Source: Octopus vulgaris
Taxonomy: Eukaryota
Direction: 5' to 3'
DNA length: 64,000 bases
NCBI GenBank assembly: GCA_951406725.2
Contig: OX597827.1
Coordinates: 60,512,001 to 60,576,000 of the forward strand
The translations under genes were made by a program, and so were the position numbers. This document shows, piece after piece, positions 1-13,912 of the stretch (positions within the stretch are counted from its first letter, which is position 1; every line of letters starts with the position of its first letter). The notes below the pieces were generated by a model. It saw only the letters and a list, made by a program, of their open reading frames with translations, did no database searches and was not told the DNA's origin.

Positions 1-1542
1 TATTATTAAAGTAACAACCTGGCACAGCAGCATTTCTGAGTTCAAATGCCACTTGAGGTCCACTTTGCCTTTCAGCCCTTTCAGGGTCAATAAATTAAGT
101 ACCAGTAAAACACTGGGGGTCAATGAAATTGACTTACCCACTCCCCAAAATTTCGGGCCTTGTGCCTACAGTAGAAAGGATTATTATTATTATTATTATT
201 AGAAAACGAATGAGACCCCTCCCTCCCAGTTAAAATGTTCAAACCCAAATCATCTGTCACCCAGTCACTTTGTTAGCTGATATAAATATAATGCCCTCTT
301 ATGAACTGTGAAATAAATAAACTAATATGAAAAATAAATCGATGGGAAATTGTTTAAAAATGAAAGTTTTAAATGAAGAGACAACCCAAGTGACATTTCT
401 TTTAAATTACAAAAAAAAAAAAAATAATAATAATAAGGAATCAATAAAATCTAAACAATTTGTATTGTTTGTGTGTTATATTTTCATTCTAAAGTTAGTA
501 ACGTAAGTATTGTCTCGAGTTCTAGGACTCATGGGGCTGGTTATGCAGTTTCCATGGTTTATGAGACCAAGATCACAATATTCATTCTGAATGGAATGCC
601 AGTCCATCACAAAGTTATTCCTTTACGGTAATTTCCTATTTGATGTTTGTAAAATTATAGTGTTTTATTTCAATAAAACATTTCATAATTATAAGTGATA
701 CACACTGCAAATAGTCACTAAAAAGAGGCAAGGTGTTTGAGTTATTTTGAATAGGAGTTATTTTTGAAGGCATAGGAGTGGCTGCTTACAAACCACATGG
801 TTCCGGGTTCAGTCCCACTGCGTGGTACCTTGGGCAAGTGTCTTCTACTATAGCCTCGGGCTGACCAAAGCCTTGTGAGTGGATTTGGTAGATGGAAACT
901 GAAAGAAGCCTGTTGTATATATGTCTGTGTGTGCATATATATATGTATATGTGTATATGTTTGTGTGTCTGTGTTTATCCAACATCGCTTGACAACCGAT
1001 GTTGGTGTGTTTACGTCCCCATAACTTAGCGGTTCGGCAAAAGAGACCAAGAGAATAAGTTCTAGGCTTACAAAGAATAAGTCCTGGGGTCAATTTGCTC
1101 AACTAAAGGCAGTGCTCCACCATGGCCACAGTTAAATGACTGAAACAAGTAAATGAGTAGAGTTTCACCCTGGGCACATGCGAGAATTCTTCAACAGTCC
1201 ACAGCAGGCACACCAAGCAATACAAGTTGCTAGATCTGACAAAGATTGAGTCGGTGTCATAATTGCGTGCCTTTCATTGAATTATCTCCTAGTATTTTGT
1301 TACTATTCACAATAAAACGAGGAGCAGCAGGATGTCCATGAGACAGGCTAAATGAGTTGAAAGAGGTCTGCTACCCAACCACATGGTTTCTAGGTGCATG
1401 GAATCTTAGGTGAGTGATTTGTAGTGCTGCTCCTGACTTGACTGAAGCTTTGTGAGTGGATTTGGTAGATAGAAACTGAAAGAGACTATTCATCTATCCA
1501 TCCATGTGTGTGTGTGTGTGTTTCCATCTTGCCATGATATAG

Positions 1543-1791
1543 AAGCATGGAACAAACTGCCGGCATCAGTTGTTAGCTGTCGGAGCACTGCATCCTTCAA
1601 AACTTCCATGCTTTCTGAGATTTGCCAACACTACACCTGATTTTCTCCCCTCCATACACACACAAGCATGTATCTGACTCATACATTGTCCGCTTTCCAG
1701 ACATTTGTACATTACTGCATATACTTTATACGCACTTTCTGACTAGTTATGGTGCACCTGAGCACTGTATACAATAATTTCATTATTATTA
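1543..1791 (+). mobile_element. CR1 LINE 3' fragment; further copies at ~11401-11730 (+), ~15177-15338 (+) and a degraded one at ~5140-5568 (-)
   Basis: Near-identical to 3510-3760, including the tail CTGAGCACTGTATACAATAATTTCATTATT. Confidence 0.88.
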
Positions 1792-3012
1792 TAAATGAAA
1801 TTAAAACTAAAATTCGATTTTATGAACATCAAATACGAAATTTCGCTCCTTTATCACTGACTGAATTGGAGCAACATGAAATGATGTGTTTTACTTTAGG
1901 ATACACTACCTGGTCTGTGAATTGAAACCACGATCTTCCGATTGTGAGCACAATACCTTAAATACGTAGATAAACAACAATGCACTGGAGGTGCTATGAC
2001 AACAACGGTTTTGACGTCTACTTGTGAGGACAGACTTATTTCATTGGCTAAAATTACATAACTTTAACTGCATCCAACTTGTTTTACTATTCATTTTTCG
2101 AAAGAATGAATTCAAATTTTCACCATCAGCATGCAAAACTACATCAGGAGGAAACTCGAAAACAATCCATTGAAAAACCTTCAAGTGGTTGGATAAAAGA
2201 AAAAGATACCTTCTGCCTTTATCTCAAAGTTAGATTCCTCTAATTTATTTACTACATTACATGGTCATTCAAACTGTTAGAAATAACAGCCAACCCCCTC
2301 CTCCCCAAATCACACTCTTTCGTCTTTAAAGAAAAGTCAAGGACACGTTAGATAAAATAATCCTTGGCACTTTATTTACTACACTGTGTGACCATTCAAA
2401 TTGTTGGAAATAACAGCCAAACTCCCTCAAATTACACTGTTTTATATTTAAAAAAGAAGTTGTTTTCCAATAATGAAACAGCAAATCTACCAGAAGATAT
2501 TGAGAACCAATATGCAAATCATTTTCATTCTCACTGTTCCCATGCATATAACGATTTATTTGTCAATATTTTGTTGTGTCTGGGAGAGTCGTTTTCTTTT
2601 TGTGGCTTATAATTTAACACACTCACCGGTAAAATTTCCCCTTATTTCTTATATTCCTAAAATTTTCGTTGCGTCTTGCCGGTGAATGTGTTAAATTATA
2701 ACCACCACCCCCTGCCAAAAAATGACTTCCCCTAGACACAACAGAATATGCTTCAACACACGAACTCACATAAAGAATATTGCAAACCAAATACAAAAAC
2801 AAAATATCGATATTTGTCGAGCAAGTAAGGGAGACAACTCCAGCAGGTATTAAGACGTTCTGGATGGTGTCCCAGTTTTCTTTATCGGTCAATTCAGTCT
2901 TACTACATACATTAAAGCTTGGTGAAAGCAGCCTTCACTTTCTATACATATTTTACATTCGTAATAACTACCTGAGTCATGTTCGTTTTCATCACCATCC
3001 TTTACGTTGTAA

Positions 3013-3760
3013 ACATTACCTGGGCGTTATTGTCGACAGCGATTTGCGTTGGACAAAACACATCGCTAAAATTGCCAAGAGGGCTGAGGGTGTCTTGGCA
3101 TCATTCACCAAGTCCTTTGTGAGCCGCTCTCCGGCTATCTATCTGCGGCTTTATATAGCTATGGTACGACCTCACCTGGAATTTGCATCACCGGTCTGGA
3201 ACCCCTATCTTGCCCAGGATATCAATCGTCTGGAAGCCGTTCAGCGATGTGTAACCAAGAGAATACCCTCCATTAGGCATTTGCCATATTCTGAACGCCT
3301 TACTTCCCTGGGCATGGATACATTGAAACTCCGACGTCTGGCAGCTGACTTGGCAGACACCCATAAAATTATTAATCATCTTACAAACAATAACTCTGAG
3401 CACCTTTTCAAACTCCATCTGTCTAACACCCGTGGACATGTTTACAAAGTCAGAAAACAGCACAGCTCCCATGACTTTCGGAAACATTTTTTCATGCTAA
3501 GAGTTGCTGAAGTATGGAACAAACTGCCCGCATCAGTTGTTAGTTGTCGGAGCACTGCATCCTTCAAAACTTCCATGCTTCATGAGATTCGCCAACACTA
3601 CACCTGATTTTCTCCCCTCCATATACATGCAAGCATGTATCTTACTCATACACTGTTCACTTTCCAGACATTTGTACATTACTGCATATGCTTTATACGC
3701 ACTTTTGACAAGTTGTGGTGCACCTGAGCACTGTATACAATAATTTCATTATTATTATTA
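3013..3760 (+). mobile_element. 5'-truncated CR1-clade LINE (ORF2 C-terminus, 3' UTR, (ATT)n tail)
   Basis: YLGVIVDSDLRW...MVRPHLEFASPVWNPYLAQDINRLEAVQR...YSERL..LG...LRR...TRGH...FF..RV..VWNKLP are typical CR1 RT thumb and C-terminal motifs. Confidence 0.9.
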
Positions 3761-4661
3761 TTCCCTAAAACTGTTTCCTGTTGACGCCATCAACATGAAC
3801 AATATTATTGTTAAAGGCACGAAATTAGGATTTTTGGACGAAGGTGTTAAATGCTCATGTACAAAATATATGTGTAAACACAAGAAGTGCAGTGAGACAT
3901 AAGATAAAGCCACCAAGCGATTAAACCCCTTGGCAATTAGAAAGGGTTCTGTTATTTCCATATACCCTCCAGAAAGGCTCACACTTTTAATAATGGTGTA
4001 TGTTTCTTGAGACCGTATTTTGACAATACAGTCACTACTGCAATCCGTAGAGATGGTACATTTCAGTCGCTCTTAAAGGAATTCTTGTCTGAGAATTAGA
4101 CGTCTAACAGACTGCAACGATATGTACACACTGGTTAACTGCCCCACCAAAAAGGAGGATATTGATGTACGAAATACTCTGCAATAAAAATGGCAGTTCC
4201 TAGATCTGGAGCACCGTCAAAAAATTGCAAATTTGTATTTAGGAATCTGTCCATGCAAATACATCTTAAGAAAAGCTGGAGAAATGTTACATTCACGACC
4301 GGGTTATAGCGTACGCGTAAATCAACGAGGGGAGACAACTCGTTCTGTGAGATTTATCTGCACTTGCTTTGTCGCTGCTGAAATTGAAAGTTATTACATT
4401 TGATGACATTTGCATATAGGGCCCCCTAGGTCCTATATGCGAATGAATATGTGCTGCATAATAGATGCCATTGTGCCTTTCACGTGGTCGAATGCAGTTT
4501 AGTGAGATGTGTTGGAGTTAAAGCAACAATATGCACAATTATAGATGTGATTAATTCAAATCAAGTTATTGGTGAAAAGAAACAAAATCTTGGTTCAATG
4601 ACACATACAAAGGAAATACCACCTTTTCCAGAAGATTAATATTTCTGAGAACAAACAAATA

Positions 4662-5112
4662 TTGGGTTGTCCGGAAAGTTCATGCCGATTTATAGTATCT
4701 TACCTTTCGACTTATTTTAGAACATGGTTGAGTCCATAAAATAGGATTTGACTACACCTCCATTTAGAGCATAGTTTAAGCTATCTTTATGTGGAAGAAG
4801 GTTTATGTTCCTATAACCTGTGTTAATTCTGTAACCCTTTAAAATGGAAGATAAGAAAGTTCATTTTTGGCACTTGATGCTTTGGGAACCAGACAAAAAT
4901 TGCTGCAGGTCGGCTGGGATGTGTTACCCCACCCTCCATATTCACCAGATATTGCTCCTTCGGATTTCCACATATTCAGGTCTCTGCAGAATAGTCTTAA
5001 TGGTAAAAATTTCAATTCCTTGGATGACATAAAAAGATACCTTGATGAATTCTTTGCCATGAAACCACCTCAATCCTGGGAAGAAGGTATTTTCAAGTTA
5101 AAGGAAAGATGT
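4662..5112 (+). mobile_element. Second copy of the same deleted mariner, 3' end lost at a CR1 fragment
   Basis: TA plus TIR at 4660; HPPYSPDIAPSDFHIF motif; same deletion junction as the 46470 copy. Confidence 0.9.
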
Positions 5113-5831
5113 GTAATGTGTATAGGTGGGGATCTCAGGTGTAGAGTTGGCGAATTTCAGGAAGCATGGAGGTTTTCAAAGATGCAATGTCTTGGCAACT
5201 AACAACTGATGCAGGTAGTTTGTTCCATGCTTCATGGGAGTTGTGTTGTTTTCTGACTTTGTAGGCATGCCAACGTGTTAGACAAATAGAGCTCAAAAAG
5301 GTGCTCAAGGTGGTTGTTGGCACGATGGTTAATAATTTTGTGAGTGTTTACCAAGTCAGTTACCAGACATCAGAGCATCAATGTATCTATGCCCAGAGAA
5401 GCAAGGCATTCAGAGTATGGTAGATGCCTGATGGAGGGTATTCGCTCAGTTGCACATCTCTGACAGTTTCTTGGAGGTCAATGTCCAAAGTAAGATAGGG
5501 GTTCCAGACTGGTGATGCAAATTCCAAGTGTGGCCACACCATAGCCATATACAGCCTTAAATAGATAAATATGCTACCTTTGTTCCAATTTATTTTTATA
5601 ATTAAGAAGGATTTAGTAAAATAACTTAATATTAGTGTTTATTAAAATAATTTATTATACTAGCGTTTGCGCGAGGCATCTTGGTCCTTTGTCATTTTAC
5701 CTAAAATGTTCAGTATCCAGAAGTCATTCTTCAGTATTTCATCCCATGTCTTTCTGGGTCTCTCAATTCCACGTGCTCCACCTACTTTCAGAGACTCATT
5801 ACAAAGATCATAACATTTCCAGCCACTGGTA

Positions 5832-5882
5832 ATCAAAGAAAGACAGAGACAACCAAAATTTCTATAAAGGATAAACTTTATT
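5832..5882 (-). terminator. Candidate polyadenylation site of the ABHD2-like gene
   Basis: Minus-strand AATAAA (5877-5882) followed about 25 nt later by a GU/U-rich stretch (GGTTGTCTCTGTCTTTCTTTG). Implies a ~3.4-kb 3' UTR. Other AATAAA hexamers exist, e.g. 9305-9310. Confidence 0.3.
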
Positions 5883-6208
5883 TCATCTCACTCACAACAT
5901 TAGCTATCTGTACAGAATTGGTATTTTTTTTTTTTAAATCTTTATTTTTAGCATTTATTTTGGTTTTCTTTAAAATCAGTTGTTGGTGTTTGATGAAAGA
6001 AAAATATATTTTATTTCGGCAGCATTTAGAGGTTCAAAGCATGAATGATGTATATTTTTGCTTTACATTCAATTTCTCTGAGCAATGATTCCGTTACAAT
6101 TTCCACAAATAAAAGAAATACAAAGTTTTAACTTAAAGGCAATTTTGTTCGACTTTGTTTAACAATTCTGCCAATAAATAATCATAATGCACAATATGAA
6201 CTCAGTAT

Positions 6209-6270
<62 letters not shown>

Positions 6271-8111
6271 TAATAATGATGATGATGATAATTATTTCAA
6301 ATTTTGGCACAAGGCCAGAAATTTTTGGAGGGGAGGGGTTAAGTCGATAACATTGACCTCAGTGCTTGACTGGTAGTTGTTTTATTGACCCTGAAAGGAA
6401 TGATGATGATAATAATAATAATCATAATTCTTTCTGAATTTGGTACAAGGCTTGCAATTTCTTTTAGCCAGGGGAGGAGGAGCCAGCCGATTAAATTGAC
6501 CCCAGTACTTGACAGGTACTTTATTTTATTGACCCCCCAGAAAGAAGGAAGGCAAAGTCAAACCCAGCAATATTTGAAAACAGAATGTTAATGAGTCGGA
6601 AGAAATGCCTTAAAGTATTTTGTCCAACGTATTAACAATTCTGCTAGCTCGCTGCCTTAAATAATAATAATAATAATAATACATAATTAAAAATTAAATT
6701 TTTTTTAAAAAAGTAAATGACATCGACAGAAAAAAATACTTGGTCCATATGGCTAGAAAAAAAGCTTTCATAATATTTATAGGAACTTCAAATAATGTCA
6801 TGGACAATATCTAAATTAAAATAAAATAAAAAATGAAAATTTAGCACGACCCCAGTTGTGAATATGGTTATTTGTAAATATTTGAGATTAAGGACATAAG
6901 TTCTATTCAACTTCCACAGCTAAAACATAAGCTAATTATTATTGGCATTTGTACTGTATTGAAGCTTCAATTCTAAAATGTAAGTGTACAGAATCTCTTG
7001 ATCTGTTAGAAAGAGTAGTCAATTGTCCTGGTTCTGAATATCATTATTCTGTGAGAAAAATGATAGTGATACCATTATATATGGCTTCCTAATACAATGT
7101 TTACATTATCCATAAGTCAATTAAAAAAAGAGCAAAAATGCACTGTGACTGATCAGTAATAGAAGAAAATTAAATTAAGTTGCCATTCTATTTAGCTATG
7201 TAAATTTCAAGGTGTGGCTAATATTCTGTTGTATGTTGTATTGCGCCAATAATAAACACATGCACTGGTTGTATTTCACATCTTAACCAACTGACAAATA
7301 AAATCAAATTAAGAAGTGAAATAAAACCAGTGCATATATTTATTATTGGTATAATGACCTTCCTAAGATACAACAAAACATATTTCAATATATGAGTTCA
7401 TATCAAGAATCTTGCAAACCAAATACAACAATGTGTTAATGTGTTAATGTGCATTGTCCCTTTGGAGCAGAGATGCAGGCTGTCTCTTTGCTGTGACTCA
7501 TTTTTTTATAGCTATTAAGCCTTCAGCAGTTAAAATGACCATAGTTGGTCCATATAGTCTACTTGTTTTATGTTCAAACTGGCCTCTCACACCTACTTTA
7601 CAATGTCATTCTAAACTTTACAATGTCATTCTAAACTAAACAATCACATCATCGAAATTTCAAAGATATGAGACAATGCAACATTACATTTAACAGAGTA
7701 ATCTGAATGCTTAAAGGTTTAATATTACTATGTTATTTCTGTATATTCTCTTTATATCCTTAGTCTTAACATTTACAATTTTCACTATTTTATAAATGAA
7801 AGTGGGAGGGAATGGAAGTTGAGTCATTCATACTTTTCCCTAAGGCATTAGCAACATATGTGAAATATTTTGATTTTGGTCCTAGTTCTTTAAATTCTTT
7901 ATTAAGGATATGTTCCGTCTGATGTACTTCTGAACCACATACAGCACTTGAAGCACTCCATGTAACCTTAAAAAGCATTTTTATTGCTAGCAAGTTCTTA
8001 GCAATAACCAGTTAGATCAACTCAAAAACATATCCCTATATCTAACGAACTTATGTCATAACTTTTATAATTAATGTATTAATATAACCATAATTACATC
8101 ACAGTATATCA

Positions 8112-8166
<55 letters not shown>

Positions 8167-8882
8167 TCATATTATACACCCAAATTTGGATTTGTAGTAT
8201 CAAGAGCCACTCCAGTTGGCTCACATGGAAGAGTTCAGCAGATTACATAACTTCATACACAACAACATGTACATGATTAGTGTAAAAATTGCTGTTAATA
8301 TATTGATATAACTATAATTACATCACAGTCCATTTACATATATGTATATGGAACACACACACACATATATATACAGTTTATGGAAATTATACCCAAATTT
8401 CGCCTATTGGTATCAAGAGCCTCTCTAGTTGGCTCATATACATGGAAGAGTTCAGCAGAGTACAGGACAGGAGTAATAATAATAATAACAATAATAATAA
8501 TGATGATGGTGAAGATGATAAAAATAATAATGATGTTGACAATAAAAATAATGATGATGATAATAATAATAATAATCCTTTCTATGATAGGCACAAAGCC
8601 TGAAATTTTCGGGGAGGGGATAAGTCAATTACATTGACCCCAGTGTTTAACTGGTGCTTAATTTACCGACCCCGAAAGGAAAAACAGCAAAGTCGACCTC
8701 AGCAGAATAATAATAATAATAATAATAGCAGTGATAATAATGCTTACAGCTTAGACATTGTATAGCATGGAAAGGAATGGGAGTTTGCAACACACATGCT
8801 TTTACTAGAGAGAAGGGAAGCATTGAAACTGAATTGCAGACTAAGTTTCACCAGGAATTTACTATGACTTCACAGCATTCAT

Positions 8883-8919
<37 letters not shown>

Positions 8920-9323
8920 TGATATTAATACTTTCTACTGTAGGCACAGAGCCTGAAGTTATGGGAGAGGGGTTAGTCAATTACATCAACCCCAGTGCTC
9001 AACTGGTACTTATTTTTTATCAACCTCGAAAGGATGAAATGCAAAGTCAACCTCGGTGAAATTTGAACCCAGAACGTAAAGACGGATGAAATATCATTAA
9101 GCATTTTGTCTGGCATGCTAACAATACCGCCAGCTCGCCACTTTGATATAATAATAATGATGATGATGAGGAGGAGGATGAGGATGATGATGGTGATGAT
9201 GATGATATAAAAGTAGTAGAAATAAACAGATAACAAAAGCAATAATAACAATATAATTAATAGTAGCAATAATGATATTAATTATATATATTTAACAATG
9301 ATGATTTATTTGGTCCGATTCCA

Positions 9324-9496
9324 CTAGGTTTGTAGTTCAGCAACGTTGGCCATGTGTCGTGAGATGATTGTGTCCAAATATTGAACGATAAGCTTATCCG
9401 ACCAAGAGATTTCGTTTGGAAAGAAGCTTCCACCTTCAAGGTAGCCAAGATGTCCGCCATGTGTCGTCACAGCCATAATACATTTCTCATTATTCA
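9324..9496 (-). CDS. ABHD2: ABHD2-like last coding exon with catalytic His and TAG stop
   Basis: Acceptor cattgcag. (M)NNEKCIMAVTTHGGHLGYLEGGSFFPNEISWSDKLIVQYLDTIISRHMANVAELQT*; stop at 9324-9326. Confidence 0.95.
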
Positions 9497-10715
9497 CTGC
9501 AATGAGTAGAAACAGAAATAGAAATAGAGAGGGGACTAAGTTAATGCTGGCATTTCTTCCCATCTTAAGAAATAATATCAAAATAATCAAAATATTACAC
9601 ACTTTACTCTTTAACTTGCTTCAGTCATTTGACTGTGGCCATGCTGGAGCAGCGCCTTTAGTTGAGCAAATCAACCCCAGGACTTGTTCTTTGTAAGCCT
9701 AGTACTTATTCTATCGGTTCTCTTTTGCCAAACCGCTAAGTTACGGGGATGTAAACACACCAGCATCGGTTGTCAAGCAATGTTGAGAGGACAAACACAG
9801 ATATACAAACATATACACACACATACACATACATATATATATATATATATATACAATGGGCTTCTTTCAGTTTCCATCTACCAAGTTGACTCACAAGGCT
9901 TTAGTCAGCCTGAGGCTATAGTAGAAGACACTTGCCCAAGGTGCCACGCAGTGGGACTGAACCCGGAACCATGTGGTTGGTAAGCAAGCTACTTGCCACA
10001 CAGCCACCCCAATGCCTGTTAAATAACAAACAGTAAAATAATTCTTCTTACTATAGGCACAAAGCCTGAAATTTTGGAGAAGGGACTAATTGATTAGATC
10101 AACTCCAATGCTCAACTGGCATTTATTTCATTGACTCGAAAAGGATGAAAGGCAAAGTCAAACTTGGTGAAATTTGAACTATGAATGTTAGAGAGCTGGA
10201 AGATACGCCACTAAGAATTTTGTCCAGCATGCTAACAATTATGCCGTTTGCTGCCTTAAGAATAATAATTTTTCTATCAAAGGCATAATACCTGAAATTT
10301 GGAGAGAAAGGACTGGTCAATTATGTTGACCTCAGTAATCAACAAATACTTATTTTATTGACCCTGAAAGGATGGAAGCCAAATTCAACCTCAGTAGAAT
10401 TTGAATCGAGGATGTAAAGAACTGGAAGATGTCGCTAAGCATTTTGTCTGACATGCTAACAATTCTGCCTGCTTGCTACTCTAATAATGACTTTAAATTT
10501 TGGCATAACTCTTTTATTTGTTTCAGTCATTTGACTGTGGTCATGCTGGAGCACTGCCTTTAGTCGAGCAAATCGACCCCAGGACTTATTCTTTGTAAGC
10601 CTAGTACTTATTCTATCGGTATCTTTTGCCAAACTGCTAAGTTACGGGGACGTAAACACACCAGCATCGGTTGTCAAGCGATGTTGGGGAGACAAACACA
10701 GACATATACATACAC

Positions 10716-10744
<29 letters not shown>

Positions 10745-10747
<3 letters not shown>

Positions 10748-11047
10748 TAGAAGAAATGAGGTACTCAGAAAATCGGATGGTTTATATTTACAGATATTTA
10801 TTTGTATATTACATTTTTTATATATATATCATATCACTTAGATCATTAGCACTTTCTCCCATTCTAGTGGGGTTTTCAAATCAAACAACCCCACTAGAAT
10901 GGGAGAGAGTGCTAATGATCTAAGTGATATGATATATATATATAAAAAATGTAATATACAAATAAATATCTGTAAATATAAACCATCCGATTTTCTGAGT
11001 ACCTCATTTCTTCTAATATATAATACCTGTACATCATATCCAAACCT

Positions 11048-11052
<5 letters not shown>
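10745..11052. mobile_element. Asymmetric fold-back insertion inside a SINE (TA)n tract
   Basis: ~130-bp near-perfect inverted arms (10745-10874 and 10887-11018), 12-nt loop, ~30-bp unpaired extension, (TA)n on both sides. Confidence 0.75.
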
Positions 11053-11088
<36 letters not shown>

Positions 11089-11768
11089 TATATGCAACGG
11101 GCTTCTTTCAGTTTCTGTCTACCAAATCCACTCACAAGGCTTTGGTCAGCCCGAGGCTATAATAGAAGAAATTTGCCCAAAGTGCCATGCAGTGGAACTG
11201 AACCCGGACCCATGTGGTTGGTAAGCAAGCTACTTACCACACAGCCAATCCTGCACCAGTAATTTTGGGGGAAGTGGGTAAATTGATTGTAGTGACCCCA
11301 GTGTTCAACTGATACTTATTTTATGTACTAAAAAGAGGCTTCACCAAAGAAGGTTCAATAACCAATCAGCCACGTCAAATGATCAAAGTCCAATCAGTTG
11401 CACCCGTGGACATATTTACGAAGTCAGAAAACAGCACAGCTCCCATGACTTTAGGAAACATTTTTTCACGCTGAGAGTTGCTGAAGCATGGAACAAACTG
11501 CCGGCATCGGTTGTTAGTTGTCGGAGCACTGCATCCTTCAAAACTTCCATGCTTTCTGAGATTCACCAACACTACACCTGATTTTCTCCCCTCCATGCAC
11601 ACACAAGCATGTATCTGACTCATACATTGATCGCTTTCCAGCCATTTGTACATTACTGCATACACTTTATACGCACTTTCTGACAAGTTGTGGTGCACCT
11701 GAGCACTGTATACAATAATTTCATTATTATATATTATATTATCTCATTCCAAACAGCAAAATACTTAC

Positions 11769-11853
11769 TTGCATGAGCTTTTGGTATCTTTAAAAGATCT
11801 TGAGGGACGAGAGGATCATCAGCAGCATTGAGTAACAATAATGGAATTTTGAT
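11769..11853 (-). CDS. ABHD2: ABHD2-like exon with catalytic Asp (85 bp), absent from the ORF track
   Basis: Acceptor ctctccag, donor gtaagt. IKIPLLLLNAADDPLVPQDLLKIPKAHA contains the NAADDP motif. Confidence 0.95.
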
Positions 11854-12962
11854 CTGGAGAGAAAAGAAAAAGAAACGAAAGAGATGAATCATTAATGTTG
11901 GTAGGGATTATGAGTTAAGATCATAACATGCAAATATGTATGTACAAACACATACCTATTTCTTTACTATCCACAAGGGGCTAAACACAGAGAGGACAAA
12001 CAAGGACAGACAAATGGATTAAGTCAATTATATTGACCCCAGTGCATAACTGGTACTTATTTAAGCGACCTCGAAAGGATGAAAGGCAAAGTCGACCTTG
12101 GCGAAATTTGAACTCAGAACATAGCGGCAGATGAAATACTGCTAAGCATTTCGCCCAGCATGCTAACGTTTCTACCAGCTCACCACCTTCTGTACAAATA
12201 CATACCATCATCATCAACATTTAATGGCTGTTTTCCACACTGGCATGGATATAGCTTGACAGGAATTGACAAAGTCAGGGGCTGCAACAGGATTCCCAGA
12301 GTCTATATTGACTTGGTTTCTACAGCTGGATGCCCTTCCATCATCATTTTGACATTCACTTTTTCATGCTTCAAGCAGATTTTTTATGCTTGGATGTCTT
12401 TCCTGTCACCAATCCTCACTTGTTTCCAAGCTAGGTAATATCTTCCAGTCTCTTGAACAATAAATAACCCAGACATAGTTATATGGTGAATGGGAAACAA
12501 ACAACACCGTGTAGCTGAGCCTTCTGTTCATAACGATCACATAGCATGTCGAGATATGTACAGAAGCATGGACATTTTTTGCCAGTTGACTACTAGCAAA
12601 GGACACCTGTGTTTGCAGTAAAGCTTTTTATAGTCAGTAAATGCACACAGAGACAAGAGTAATACTCACTCACTCACACAAACACACACATATTCATGCA
12701 GACATAAATATATATGTGTGAGAGAGAGAGGAGGGAGGGAGAGAGAGAAAAAGAGAGCAGGTGCGGTCCCAGGAATTTTTTGAAGAGAAGGCACAAGGTC
12801 AGAAAGGAATACAATTCCAGGAGAAAAGGGCTTAATAAAATTACTTAGAAGGTTGCATTTCTTTTCTTGAGTGGGGGCATGAACCCAACAGGCTCCCCCC
12901 ACCTTGGAGAGAAAGAAAGACAAACAGACACATAGAGCAAAATAATAGCTTTTTCAACTTAC

Positions 12963-13032
12963 ATTATCTAAATAATGAATAGAACTGCACCATCGGTAAT
13001 ATTCTTGGACACTGGAAAACCCAGCAACTCTC
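12963..13032 (-). CDS. ABHD2: ABHD2-like exon (70 bp), absent from the ORF track
   Basis: Acceptor ttctttag, donor gtaagt. RVAGFSSVQEYYRWCSSIHYLDN resembles ABHD2 KFHGYNSLKEYYEEESCMRYLHR. Confidence 0.93.
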
Positions 13033-13568
13033 CTAAAGAAAGAAGAATGAAAATTAGATCTTGCATTGTACCAGTCGACCTCTTTAGAGTTGGAAAATAT
13101 TAACAGTTCACATTAGTAAAATTTTATCTACATAACATACTTAATATTTGCATGTCATTGAAAAGTCAGAAGCTGCAATCTTTTTGTCAAGGGAAGAAGC
13201 TCACTTTCAAACCATGTGGTTTTGGGTTCAGTCCCACAGCCTGGCACTTTAGGCAAGTATCTTCTACTGTAGCCCTGGGCTGATCAATACCTTGTGAGTG
13301 AATTTGGTAGATAGAAACTGTGCGGAAGCTTATCTTATATATATATATATAAACAGAAGCTTATATATATATATAAGATAAACTTCCGCACAGTTTTTAT
13401 CTACCATATTCACTCACAAGGTATTGATCAGCCCAGGGCTACAGAAGAAGATACTTGCCCAAAGTGCAAAAACTATTCACTAATGTTATCAGGAAAAAAT
13501 AAATGTTTAAACAAAAAAAAATTTTTTTAAGTGACAAGAGGGTTGAATAGGAATTGTTTTTCACTAAC

Positions 13569-13766
13569 CGGCTGTAATATTCATCAATTTCTAGGAGAGT
13601 GGGTGAGTTAAAGATGCGATCCTCATCTAGGGCTCCATATCTGTTCTTTGCTTCATCACTGAACAATACGTCTTTATGTTCCCACAGCAGTGATTTCTGG
13701 CGAGTGGTCAACAGCAATAAGTAGGCACTGCATGGACTCAGCGTGTCAAAGTAGTGGGACACGGCT
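13569..13766 (-). CDS. ABHD2: ABHD2-like exon (198 bp)
   Basis: Acceptor aatccag after a T-rich tract, donor gttagt. AVSHYFDTLSPCSAYLLLLTTRQKSLLWEHKDVLFSDE...SPTLLEIDEYYS(R); phases fit both neighbours. Confidence 0.9.
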
Positions 13767-13912
13767 CTGGATTTGGTATTCAAAATAAAGAAAAATAAAT
13801 ATCAACAAGTAAGAGCATGTAAGTAGAAAGACAGATAAATACAAATAAGTTTAATGCATAGATATGGAATAGAAAATGCAGATTATGGAATAAATAATAC
13901 AAAATAAATGAA

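Noticed and set aside
742-1102. Recurring ORFs such as ASFSFRLPNPLTRLWSARGYSRRHLPKVP
   Set aside because: Antisense translations of the non-coding SINE-A found at many loci; not a gene family.
2780-3012. N-terminal part of the 275-aa ORF as a real protein
   Set aside because: It is chance read-through from unrelated flanking DNA into a 5'-truncated CR1 ORF2; similarity starts near 3013.
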